Assembly (NCBI GenBank): GCA_030390025.1
Contig: JASTWF010000035.1
Span: forward strand, 3,596,001 to 3,660,000
Reading direction: 5' to 3'
Source: Squalus acanthias
Taxonomy: Eukaryota
DNA: 64,000 nt
Each line of letters begins with the position of its first letter. The stretch's first letter is position 1. The notes under the pieces were generated by a model. The model was not told the DNA's origin, ran no database searches, and was given only the letters and a program-made list of their open reading frames with translations. This document shows, piece after piece, positions 26,195 through 37,700 of this stretch. The position numbers and the translations under genes are program-made.

Positions 26195-27403
26195 ACACCT
26201 CGTCGTGGACCCAATTCACGTACGGACCGGGGTTAAGCAAGGCTGTGTCATCGCATCAACGCTCTTCTCGATCTTCCTTGCTGCAATGCTCCATCTTACC
26301 CTCAGTAAGTTCCCCGCTGGAGTGGAGCTAATTTACAGAACAAACTGGAAACTGTTCAACCTCCGTCGCCTCCAGTCCAGATCCAAGGTCGTCCCATCCT
26401 CTGTCATTGAATTACAGTATGCAGACAACGCTTGCGTCTGCGCACACTCTGAGGTCGAACTCCAAACCATCGTCAACACCTTTACCGAAGCAAACGAGAG
26501 CATAGGCCTTACACTAAACATCCGTAAGACAAAGGTCCTCTACCAATCTGCCCCCGCCACACAGTACTGCCCCCTGATTATCAAAATCCACGACGAGACC
26601 TTGGACAACGTGGACCACTTTCCATACCTCGGGAGCCTACTGTCAACAAGGGCAAACGTCGATGACGAAGTCCAACACTGCCTTCAGTGTGCCAGTGCAG
26701 CCTTCGGTTGCCTGAGGAAGAGAGTGTTTGAAGACCAGGACCTCAAACCCAGCACCAAGCTCATGGTCTACAGAGCAGTAGTGATACCCGCCCTCCTGTA
26801 TGCTTCGGAGACATGGACCATGTACAGCGGACACCTCAAAGCACTGGAGAGGTACCACCAACGCTGCCTCCGCAAGATCCTGCAAATCCATTGGCAGGAT
26901 AGGCGGACCAACGTCAGTGATCTCGCTCAGGCCAACATCCCCAGCATCGAAGCTTTGACCACGCTCGATCAGCTCTGATAGACGGGCCACATCGTCCGCA
27001 TGCCCGATACGCGACTCCTAAAGGAAGTGCGCTACTCGGAGCTCCGACATGGCAAGAGAGCTCCTGGTGGGCAGAGGAAACGCTTCAAGGACACCCTCAG
27101 AACCTCCTTGGAAAAAGTGCAGCATCCCCAACGACACCTGGGAATCCCTGGCCCAAGACTGCACAAAGTGGAGGAGAAACATCTGGGAAGGAGCTGAACA
27201 CCTCGAGTCTCTTCGCCGGGAGCAAGCGGAAGCCAAGTGCAAACAGTGGAAGAAGCGCATGTCAACCCAAGAACCCCACCCACCCGCCCCTTCAACCACC
27301 GTCTGCCCCACCTGTGACAGAGACTCATCAGTCACCTGAGAACTCATTTTTAGTGTGGAAGCAAGTCATACTCGGTTTCGAGGGACTGCCTAAGAAGAAG
27401 AAG
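26195..27403 (+). mobile_element. 5'-truncated RTE-clade LINE
   Basis: TGVKQGCV, ELQYADN, FPYLGS and ALLYASETW motifs; C-terminal CPTC zinc-finger remnant; (AAG)n tail. Confidence 0.87.
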
Positions 27404-27404
27404 A

Positions 27405-27510
27405 ACAACAACAGTGACTCCACTTCAAAAGTACTTCATTGGCTGTAAAGCGCTTTGAGACGTCCGGTGTTCATGAAAGGCGCTATATAAATGCAAGTCT
27501 TTTTTTTCTT
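27405..27510 (+). mobile_element. SINE/L2-type 3' tail fragment
   Basis: GTACTTCATTGGCTGTAAAGCGCTTTG..GAAAGGCGCTATATAAATGCAAGTCTTT resembles the recalled DeuSINE/SacSINE-type tail. Confidence 0.6.
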
Positions 27511-29282
27511 TAAGTATAGCCAGCCTTTCTAGTACCTCCTCTTTATCGATTTTTATCCCATCCAGTATCTCAACTACCTCCTCTTTCACTATGACTTTTG
27601 CAGCATCTTCTTCCTTGGTAAAGATAGATGCAAAGTACTCATTTAATACCTCAGCCATGCCCTCTGCCTCCATGCAGTTTGGTCCCTAATTGGCCCCATG
27701 TTCCTACCCAGAGAGTGGTTAGAATGTGGAACTCACTACCACAAGTAGGAGTTAAGGTGAATTGCATTGATGCATTCAAGCGGAAACTAGATAAACACAA
27801 GGGAGTAAATAATAGAAGGATATATTGATAGGGTGGGAGGAGGTTTGTGTGGAGCATAAACACCGGCATAGACCAGTTGGGACAAATGGCCTGTTTCTGC
27901 ACTGTACACTCGAATAAAAATACATCACTTCAAACTTCTCGGCATTAAATTTCATCTGCCATGTGTCTGCCCATTGCATCAGTCTGTCCATACTCTCCTG
28001 AGGTCTGTTACTATCCTCCTAACTGTTTACTACATTTGCAAGCTTTGTGTCATCTGCAAACTTTGAAATTATGCCCTGTATACCCTAATCCAGGCCATTA
28101 ATATATATCAAAAAGAGCAGTGGTCCTAATCAATGTTCCCTTTAATTCTTTACGGGCTGCTCGACCCATTCAAATTCTCGCGCACGCGTGGTTTTTTTCC
28201 ATTTAAAAGCCGGTGCGCGGTCGTGTAGCTTAACAGGAACATTGGTCCTAATACCAACCCCTGGGGGGGATACCACTGTATACTTCTCCAGTCTGAAAAA
28301 CAACCGTTCCCCACTGCTCTCTGCTTTCTGTCTCTTTGCAAATTTTGTATCCATGCTGCCTCTACCCCTTTAATCCCATGGGCTTTAATTTTGCTAACAA
28401 GTCTATTATGTGGCACTTTATCAAATACCTTTTGAAAGTCCCTGCACACAACATCAAATGCACTACTCTCATCAAACCTCTTCGTTATTTCATCAAAGAA
28501 CTCCATAAAGTTAGTCAAACACGATTTGCCTTCAACAAATCCGTGCTGGTTGTCATTTATTAACCCATGTTCTTCCAAGTGGCATTTAATTTTATCTCGG
28601 ATTATTGTTTCTAAAAATTTCCCCACCACTGAAATTAGGCTGACTGGCTTGTAGTTGTGGGGTTTATCTCTCTCCCCTTTTTTTAAGCAGGAGTGTAACA
28701 TTTGCAAACCTCCAATCCTCTGGCACCACCCCCATATCCAAGGAGGATTGAAAGATTGTGGCCAGAGCCTCCGCAATTTTCACCTTTACTTCCCTCAGTA
28801 ACCTAGGATGCATCCCATCCAGACCGGGTGACTTTTCTACTTGGAGCGCTGCTTTTTATCTATTTTTATCCTATCCAGTTTCTCTACCACCTTCTCCTTT
28901 ACTGCAACATTAACTTCATCTTCTTCTCTAGTGAAGACAGATGCAAAGTCCTCATTTAGTACATCAGCTATGCCTTCTGCCTCCACAAGAAGATTTCCTT
29001 TTAGGTCCCTAATCGGCCCCACCTTTCCTTTGACTGCACTTTTACTATTTATATGTTTATAAAAGACTTTGGGTTCCCTTTTATGATACCCGCTAATCTA
29101 TTCTCACACTCTTTGCCCCTCTTATTTCTCCTCTTCACTTTCTGTATTCAGCTTGATTCTTTAACATAAATTCTTTAGCATGATTTCCTTGCTTTTATAC
29201 ACTGTGCCTCTATTTATAAAACCACGTATCCCATATGCTTTTTTAACAGCCTTGGCAACTTGTCCTGCCGCCTTCAAAGATT
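27511..29282 (-). mobile_element. Degenerate CR1 RT fragments, mostly minus strand
   Basis: AEVLNEYFASIF, GKSCLTNF and WQMKFNAEK motifs with frameshifts. Confidence 0.8.
28131..28244. mobile_element. 114-bp hAT-type MITE
   Basis: TIRs CAATGTTCCCTTTAA / CAATGTTCCTGTTAA (reverse complement); perfect 8-bp TSD GTCCTAAT (28123-28130, 28245-28252) inside a CR1 RT. Confidence 0.88.
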
Positions 29283-29628
29283 AATTGCACTGCTCTGGAA
29301 TACCTCTGCAAGTCCGATTTCCCAGACCCTCAACCAGTCACTTTGCATCTCGTATTAGTGGGATAGATTTTATTCTCTAGAAGTATTCCGCACAAAATCT
29401 CTGTTTTAACCCAAAGTGATATTTAATACCCTTGCAATATTTTTATGTTTGATGGAAAAATTATAAAATTACACAATATTCAGGGTTAGTTTGGACATGA
29501 AAAGATGTTTCTGTGTGTCATTCTACAACTGTAGTCAGTCATTTCCAACACTCATTTATAGTTTTATTCATATCATTGCTTTGGGCTATGGAACCTACTT
29601 TTTATGTGTCTTTTGTATTTGTCCTTAG

Positions 29629-29870
29629 GTAATGCCAAGCCAGTTAGTTACAAAACAGCCAAACTCCAGAAGGGCAGCCCCTCCCGATCAAATGAAGTCA
29701 TCAGCCCTGAGGTGCTGAAGATGCGAGCAGCATTATTTTGTATTTTCACATACCTGGACACCAAGACATTGCTGAAAACAGCTGAGGTCTGTCGAGACTG
29801 GAAATATGTGGCTAGACATCCAGCAGTTTGGACCAGAGTTCTGTTGGAGAACGCTAGAGTGTCCTCCAAG
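29629..29870 (+). CDS. FBXO41: FBXO41-like exon containing the F-box region
   Basis: Polypyrimidine acceptor TTTGTCCTTAG| (phase 1, compatible with the previous exon). Encodes SPSRSNEVISPEVLKMRAALFCIFTYLDTKTLLKTAEVCRDWKYVARHPAVWTRVLLENARVSSK. Donor AAG|GTATTG, phase 0. Confidence 0.93.
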
Positions 29871-30334
29871 GTATTGTCTATATAAATACATGCACTAAGT
29901 TCCTATCTGATGTACGATAGTGTGAAATGTACTTAATTTATTCACATTAGGAACAGTTCTTTTGCTGGGGACAGTTTCTGCTCCTCAAAAAAACCCAGTA
30001 ACAAGTGAGTTTATTTGGGTAGGAATCAATAACTAGTGTGTTTACTGAGGTGACCAGTGTGGTTATTGAGGAGAGTCTTGGTGACCATAGAAACATAGAA
30101 CATAGAAAAATAGGAGCAGGAGTAGGCCATTCGCCCTTCGAGCCTGCTCTGCCATTCAATATGATCATGGCTGATCCTCTATCTCAATACCATATTCCTG
30201 CTCTCTCCCCATACCCCTTGATGCCTTTTGTGTGGTTCTTGGGGCTTCGTCATGGGATTGATGGTTATTGGGGTAAGGGTTCAAAGACATGAGTGTGGTT
30301 ATTGGGGTTTAGTGACATAATTGTGGTTAATGTT

Positions 30335-30715
30335 TTTTTCTGTTCTTGGGGTTTGGACATTTATTGCCCGTCCCTAGATGTCGTAAGAATGTAATGGTGG
30401 ACCATCTTCATGAACCACTGCTGTCGGTGTGATGAGGTGCTCCTATAAGCTTTGTAGTGGTTTGATACGACTGAGTGTCTCGCTGGTGCACTTCAGAGGG
30501 CAGTTAAGAGTCAACCACGTTGGTGTGGGTCTGGAGTCACATATAGACCCAGATCGGGTAAGGAAGGCAGGTTTCTTTCCCAAAGGACAGTAGTGAACCA
30601 GTTGGGTTATTATAACAAAATGACAGCTTCATGGTCACATGATTCCAGTTTTTAAATTTCAGATTATTTTGTTAAGTGATTTCGAATTCTCAAACTACCA
30701 TGGTGACATTTAAGC
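30335..30715 (-). mobile_element. tRNA-derived SINE (head lost), same family as 44480-44775, with a LINE-derived tail
   Basis: Reverse-complement match to the 44600-44770 core (GTGACTCCAGACCCAC, GGTTGACTCTTAACTGCCCTCTGAA); tail similar to 33700-33800. Confidence 0.7.
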
Positions 30716-32270
30716 TCAGTTACTGGGTATTGGGGGTCTCAGTGATGGGGTATTGGGGGTCTCAGTGATGGGGTATTGGGGGGTCTCAGTTACTGGGTAT
30801 TGGGGGGGTCTCAGTGATGGGGTATTGGGGGTCTCAGTGATGGGGTATTGGGGGTCTCAGTGACTGGGTATTGGGGGGTCTCAGTGATGGGGTATTGGGG
30901 GGTCTCAGTGACTGGGTATTGGGGGTCTCAGTGACTGGGTATTGGGGGTCTCAGTGATGGGGTATTGGGGGTCTCAGTGATGGGGTATTGGGGGTCTCAG
31001 TGACTGGGTATTGGGGGTCTCAGTGATGGGGTATTGGGGGTCTCAGTGATGGGGTATTGGGGGGTCTCAGTAACTGGGTATTGGGGGTCTCAGTGATGGG
31101 GTATTGGGGGTCTCAGTGATGGGGTATTGGGGGTCTCAGTGATGGGGTATTGGGGGTCTCAGTGACTGGGTATTGGGGGTCTCAGTGACTGGGTATTGGG
31201 GGTCTCAGTGACTGGGTATTGGGGGGTCTCAGTGACTGGGTATTGGGGGTCTCAGTGACTGGGTATTGGGGGGTCTCAGTGATGGGGTATTGGGGGTCTC
31301 AGTGATGGGGTATTGGGGGGTCTCAGTGACTGGGTATTGGGGGTCTCAGTGATGGGGTATTGGGGGTCTCAGTGACTGGGTATTGGGGGGTCTCAGTGAT
31401 GGGGTATTGGGGGGTCTCAGTGATGGGGTATTGGGGGGTCTCAGTGATGGGGTATTGGGGGTCTCAGTGATGGGGTATTGGGGGTCTCAGTGATGGGGTA
31501 TTGGGGGTCTCAGTGATGGGGTATTGGGGGGTCTCAGTGATGGGGTATTGGGGGGTCTCAGTGATGGGGTATTGGGGGTCTCAGTGATGGGGTATTGGGG
31601 GTCTCAGTGATGGGGTATTGGGGGGTCTCAGTGATGGGGTATTGGGGGTCTCAGTGACTGGGTATTGGGGGTCTCAGTGATGGGGTATTGGGGGGTCTCA
31701 GTAATGGGGTATTGGGGGTCTCAGTGACTGGGTATTGGGGGGGTCTCAGTGATGGGGTATTGGGGGTCTCAGTGACTGGGTATTGGGGGTCTCAGTGACT
31801 GGGTATTGGGGGTCTCAGTGATGGGGTATTGGGGGTCTCAGTGACTGGGTATTGGGGGGTCTCAGTGACTGGGTATTGGGGGTCTCAGTGATGGGGTATT
31901 GGGGGTCTCAGTGACTGGGTATTGGGGGGTCTCAGTGATGGGGTATTGGGGGTCTCAGTGATGGGCTATTGGGGGGTCTCAGTGATGGGGTATTGGGGGT
32001 CTCAGTGATGGGGTATTGGGGGTCTCAGTGATGGGGTATTGGGGGTCTCAGTGATGGGGTATTGGGGGTCTCAGTGACTGGGTATTGGGGGGTCTCAGTG
32101 ATGGGGTATTGGGGGTCTCAGTGATGGGGTATTGGGGGTCTCAGTGACTGGGTATTGGGGGGTCTCAGTGACTGGGTATTGGGGGGTCTCAGTGACTGGG
32201 TATTGGGGGGTCTCAGTGACTGGGTATTGGGGGGTCTCAGTGACTGGGTATTGGGGGATCTCAGTGACGG
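30716..32270. repeat. G-rich 23-24 bp minisatellite, unit CTCAGTGA(TG/CT)GGGTATTGGGGG(G)T, about 65 copies; resumes at 32850-32914
   Basis: Directly visible tandem periodicity with variable G-run length. Confidence 0.96.
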
Positions 32271-32273
32271 CGT

Positions 32274-32849
32274 AACATAAGAACATAAGAAATAGGAGCA
32301 GGAGTCGGCCATTTGGCCCTTCGAGCCTGCTCCGCCATTCAGTAAGATCATGGCTGATCTTCTACCTCATCTCCACTTTCCTGCGCTATCCCTGTATCCC
32401 TTGATTCCCTTAATATTCAAAAATCTATTGATCTCTATCTTGAATATACTCAACGACTGAGCCTCCACAGCCCTCTGGGGTAGAGAGTACCAAAGATTCA
32501 CCACCCTCTGAGTGAAGAATTTTCTCCTCATCTCCGTCCTAAATGACTGACCCCTTATTCTGAGACTGTGACCCCTGGTTCTAGATTCCCCAGCCAAGGG
32601 AATCATGCTCCCTGCATCTACCCTGACAAGCCCTGTAAGAATTCTGTATGTTTCAATGAGATCACCTCTCATTCTTCTAAACTCTAGAGAATATAGGCCG
32701 AGTCTACTCAATCTCTCCTCATAGGACAATCCCCACATCCCAGGGACCAGTCTGGTGAACCTTCATTGCATTCCTCTATGGCAAGTATATCCTTCCTTAG
32801 GTAAGGAGACCCCAATACTCCAGGTGCGGTCTCACCAGGGCCCTATATA
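32274..32849 (-). mobile_element. 5'-truncated CR1 3' end inserted in the G-rich minisatellite
   Basis: ORF 32367-32738 encodes an RT C-terminus; AACATAAG tail; repeat units on both sides. Confidence 0.87.
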
Positions 32850-33669
32850 TTGGGGAGTCTCAGTGACGGGGTATTGGGATCTCAGTGACTGGGTATTGGG
32901 GGGTCTCAGTGACTCCATACCTCTCCCTAACATCTGTCTGAGGCTGAACCACACTGTTCGCAACCTTGGTGTCATATTTGACCCTGAAATGAGCTTCCGA
33001 CCACATATCCACAGCATGAGGAACAGGTACCGATACTTAGTCACATTCAGGAGCCTGAATAGTTCTTTGAATTCACGTTCCAGGAGATGGTCGTCCTCAG
33101 GCAGAACCAGTTAGTGAGGAAGGAAAATGAGTGAGCATCCATTGGGATAAGAAGAGTGGACAGGTGGTAGTCCAGCAGTGCCCTTGGTGGAATTGATAAA
33201 CAGATATTCAGTACTAAATATCTGTGACAATGTCAACAATCTAGAGAAAGGCAACCATTTAAAAAAACACAGGTAATGGAACAGGTAGCTGCGAGAGATT
33301 GGAGTGAAGTGCAGAAACACAGCGGTAGTAAGGGATTCCAGTCAGGTGAATAAACAGGCACTTTGGAGTTGTAACGCAAATTACTCCCCAATTGCCAGGG
33401 TAAGGGACATCACTGCGCGAGTAAAAAATATCTTGGAGATGGGACGGGAACAGCTAGACAGGTCGGGGAGTATAACTAAGTGGATAGCTCTCTGAGAGCC
33501 GGCACAGATGCGAAGGGCCGAATTCCCCCCCTCTGAGTTGTAAAACTCTGACTTTATCATACTGTGATTTAATGCAGGTTTTTTAAATTGTGAAGAGTTT
33601 TGATTGTGTGACACAGGAAATTCCCTCTGGTTGTAGTCACTGAGGAAAGTGAAGATAGTCGTGAGTTTT

Positions 33670-34675
33670 TTTTAAATTCATTCCTCGGATGTGGGCGTCA
33701 CTGGCAAGGCCAGCATTTATTGCCCATCCCTAATTGCCCTTGAAAAGGTGGTGGTGAGCTGCCTTCTTGAACTGCTGCAGTCCTTCTGGTGAAGGTACTC
33801 CCACTGTGCTGTTAGGGAGGGAGTTCCAGGATTTTGACCCAGCGAGGATTAGGAACGACAATAGATTTCCAAGTCAGGATGGTGTGTGACTTGGAGGGGA
33901 ACTTGGCGTGATGGTGTTCCCATGCCCCTGCTGCCCTTGTCCTTCTACGTGGTAGAGGTCGCAGATTTTGGAGGTGCTTCCGAAGAAGCCTTGGCGAGTT
34001 GCTGCAATGCATTTAATAGATAGTACATACTACAGCCAAGTATGCCAGTGGTGGAGGGAGTGTATGTTTAAGGTGGTGGATGGGGTGCCAATCAAGCAGC
34101 TGCTTTGTCCTGGATGATGTCGATCTTCTTGAGTGTTGTTGCAGCTGCACTCATACAGGCAAGTAGAGTGTATTCCATCACACTCCTGACTTGTGCTTTG
34201 TAGATGGTGGAAAGGCTTTGGGGAGTCAGGAGGTGAGACACTTACCACAGAATACCCAGCCTCTGACCTGTTCTTGTTGCCACAGTATTTATGTGGCTGG
34301 TCCAGTTAAGTTTCTGGTCAATGATAACCCCCAGGATGTTGATGGTGGGAATTCGGCGATGGTAATGCCGTTGAATGTCAAGGGGCGGTGGTTAGACTCT
34401 CGCTTGTTGGAAATAGTTATTGCCTGGCACTTATATGGCGCGAATGTTACTTGCCACTTATCAGCCCAAGCCTGACTGTCGTCCAGGTCTTGCTGCATGC
34501 GGGCATGGACTGCTTCATTATCTGAGGAGTTGCAAATGGAACTGAACACTGTGCAATCAGGGATCATCCCCACGTCTGACCTTATGATAGCAGGAAGGAC
34601 ATTGATGAAGCAGCTGAAGATGGTTGGGCCCAGGACACTGCCCTGAGGAAGTCCTGCAGAGATGTCCTGGGGCTT
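33670..34675 (-). mobile_element. LINE 3' part (CR1/L2-group RT, distinct family)
   Basis: [18 protein letters not shown] and AWADKWQVTFAPYKCQ motifs; 3' tail ..GGGATGGGCAATAAATGCTGGCC..GAATGAAT. Confidence 0.75.
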
Positions 34676-34769
34676 TTGCCTCATACTTTGCCAGGAAGCA
34701 GAGAATATTGCATCTATTGAGGGATAAATACTTGAAGCAGATTAAGCCAAGGGACTATGGGGAGCACTG

Positions 34770-37700
34770 AGTGCAGCGAGCACAGAGTGAACAACTGGGA
34801 GTTTGAGCGGCGGCGGACCTGAGCGGGAGCAGACCGAGGCCCGAGAGCGGGGATAAAAGCGGCAGCAGACCTGCATCAACAAGAGAAAACAGCAGTGTGA
34901 TGTCACAGGTAAGGCAGGTAAGTGATTGGTAGTGACTGTGGGCTAAGTTTTAAGTTAACATATAACTACATTTTATAAACTTAATTGAATTAATTTAATA
35001 AACTAAACAAGGTAAATAATTTGATTAACACTAAACTAATTAATTAAATAAATAAAAGAATGGGAGAACAGGAGATGTGTTGCTGCTGCAATATGTGGGA
35101 CCTTGTGGACATTTTTGTCCAGGGCGACTATATCTACGGTAAGTGTCTGTGGCTCGAGGAGCTTCGGCTCCGAGTTGAGGAGCTGGAGTCCGAGCTGCAG
35201 ACATTGCGAGACATCAGGGAGGGAGAAAGTTACCTGGACCTTTTGCTCCAGGAGGCAGCCACACCCCTTAGATTAAATACTTTAGAACTGACACGTGGTC
35301 AGGGACAGGAGGATGTGACTGCGAGTGAGGCAGGTACGGGGATCCAGGAGGTAGTATTGCAGGAGGCTCAGTCCCTGCACTTGTCCAATAGATTCGAGGT
35401 TCTTGCAACCCTTGTGGACAAGTGCGGGGACTGCGGGGAGGATGAGCAAACTGACCACGGCACCGTGGTACAGGAAACCGTTCTAGTGGGGGGAGTAAAA
35501 AGGAAGGTGGTTGTTGTAGGCGACAGTATAGTTAGGGGGATAGACACAAAGACCCCGCAACGAAAACCCTATTCAGGCTGCGCCTCACAAACAACCTGAT
35601 GACTCCCAGTGATGCAGAGACACAGAGTGGCCACAGTGCCTGGTCTGCACTCAAGGCCTCCATAATCAGCGCCTGTGAAGAGACGCTTGGTCACTCGACC
35701 AGGAAACATCAAGACTGGTTCGACGAGAACGACCAGGAGATCCAGGAGCTAATAAGCCGCAAGCGCAAGGCATTCCTGATCTGGAAACAGCAACAGAACT
35801 CGAGAGCAAGAAAGCAGCTCTACAGACGCCTGAAGGCTGAGGTCCAACAAAAAACTCGCGACCTAAAGAACAGATGGTGGGTGGAGAAAGCGCAGGAGAT
35901 CCAGCAGCTAGCCGACAACCACGACGTGCGTGGATTCTTTAGCGCAGTCAAGACCGCCTACGGCCCAAGCACCCAAGGTCCTACCCCACTGTGGGCCAAG
36001 AACGGAGAGGTACTCATCAAGGACAGGGAGGCAGTCAGTGCCCGCTGGAAGGAGCACTTTGAAGATCTCCTTAACCGAGACTCTGCCTTCGACGTGAGTG
36101 TCCTCAACTCCATCCCGCAGCATGCTACCCGCCACCATCTCAGCACAACCCCAGCCCGGCATGAGGTTGAAAAGGCCATCTGACAACTGAAGAACAAGAA
36201 GGCCTCAGGAACAGATGGAATCCCTGCCGAGGCACTAAAGCATGGCGGAGAAGCACTACTGGCGTGAATTCATGAACTAATTTCTCTTATCTGGAAGGAG
36301 GAGCGCATGCTAGGGGATCTCAGAGACGCCGTAAGTGTGACCATCTTCAAGAAAAGTGACAAGTCCGATTGCGGTAATTACAGAGGAGTTTCCCTGCTGT
36401 CTGCCACAGGGAAAGTCATCACAAGAATCCTCCTCAATCGCCTTCTCCCAGTGGCTGAAGAGCTCCAACCAGAGTCGCAATGCGGATTCCGCCCACTAAG
36501 GGGCACAATGGACATGATCTTCACCGCGGGCCAATTACAAGAGAAATGCAGGGAACAGCACCAACCGCTGTACATGGCCTTCTTTGACCTCACAAAGGCA
36601 TTTGACACCGTCAACCTTGAGGGATTATGGAGTGTCCTCCTCAAATTCGGCTGCCCTCAAAAGTTTGTCACCATGTCGATGACATGCAAGCCTGACCAAC
36701 AGTTCCACCACAGACCCAATTCACGTACGGACCGGGGTCAAGCAAGGCTGTGTCATCGCACCAATGCTCTTCTCAACCTTCCTTGCGGCAATGCTCCATC
36801 TCACCCTCAGTAAGCTCCCCGCTGGAGTGGAGCTAATTTACAGAACTAACGGGAAACTGTTCAACCTCCGTCGCCTCCAGTCCAGATCCAAGGTCGTCCC
36901 ATCCTCTGTCATCAAATGACAGTATGCAGACGACGCTTGCGTCTGCGGACACTCGGAGGTCGAACTCCAAACCATCATCAACACCTTCACCGAAGCGTAT
37001 GATAGCATGAGCTTAACACTAAACATCCGTAAGACAAAGGTCCTCTACCAACCTACCCCCGCCACACAGTACTGCCCCCTGATTATCAAAATCCACGACA
37101 AGGCCTTGGACAACGTGGACTACTTTCCATACCTCGGGAGCCTACTGTCAACAAGGGCACACGTCAATGACGAAGTCCAACACCGCCTTCAGTGTGCCAG
37201 TGTAGCCTTCGGTTGCCTGAGGAAGAGAGTGTTTGAAGACCAGGACCTCAAACCCAGCACCAAGCTCATGGTCTACAGAGCAGTAGTGATACCCGCCCTC
37301 CTGTATGCCTCAGAGACATAGACCATGTACAGCAGGCACTTCAAAGCACTGGAGAGGTACCACCAACGCTGCCTCCGCAAGATCCTGCAAATCCATTGGC
37401 AGGATAGGCGCACTAACGTCAGTGTTCTCGCTCAGGCCAACATCCCCAGCATCGAAGCTTTGACCACGCTCGATCAGCTCTGATGGATGGGTCACATTGT
37501 CCGCATGTCCGATACGAGACTCCCAAAACAAGCGCTCTACTCGGAGTTCCGACACGGCAAGAGAGCCCCAGGTGGGCAAAGGGAACACTTCAAGGACACC
37601 CTCAAAGCCCCCTTGAAAAAGTGCAACATCCCCACCGACACCTGGGAATCCCTGGCCCAAGACCGCACAAAGTGGAGGAGAAGCATCCGAGAAGGTGCCA

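Noticed and set aside
32095..32351. Repetitive ORFs (PQYPVTET)n
   Set aside because: Translation of the G-rich minisatellite where units happen to be 24 bp.
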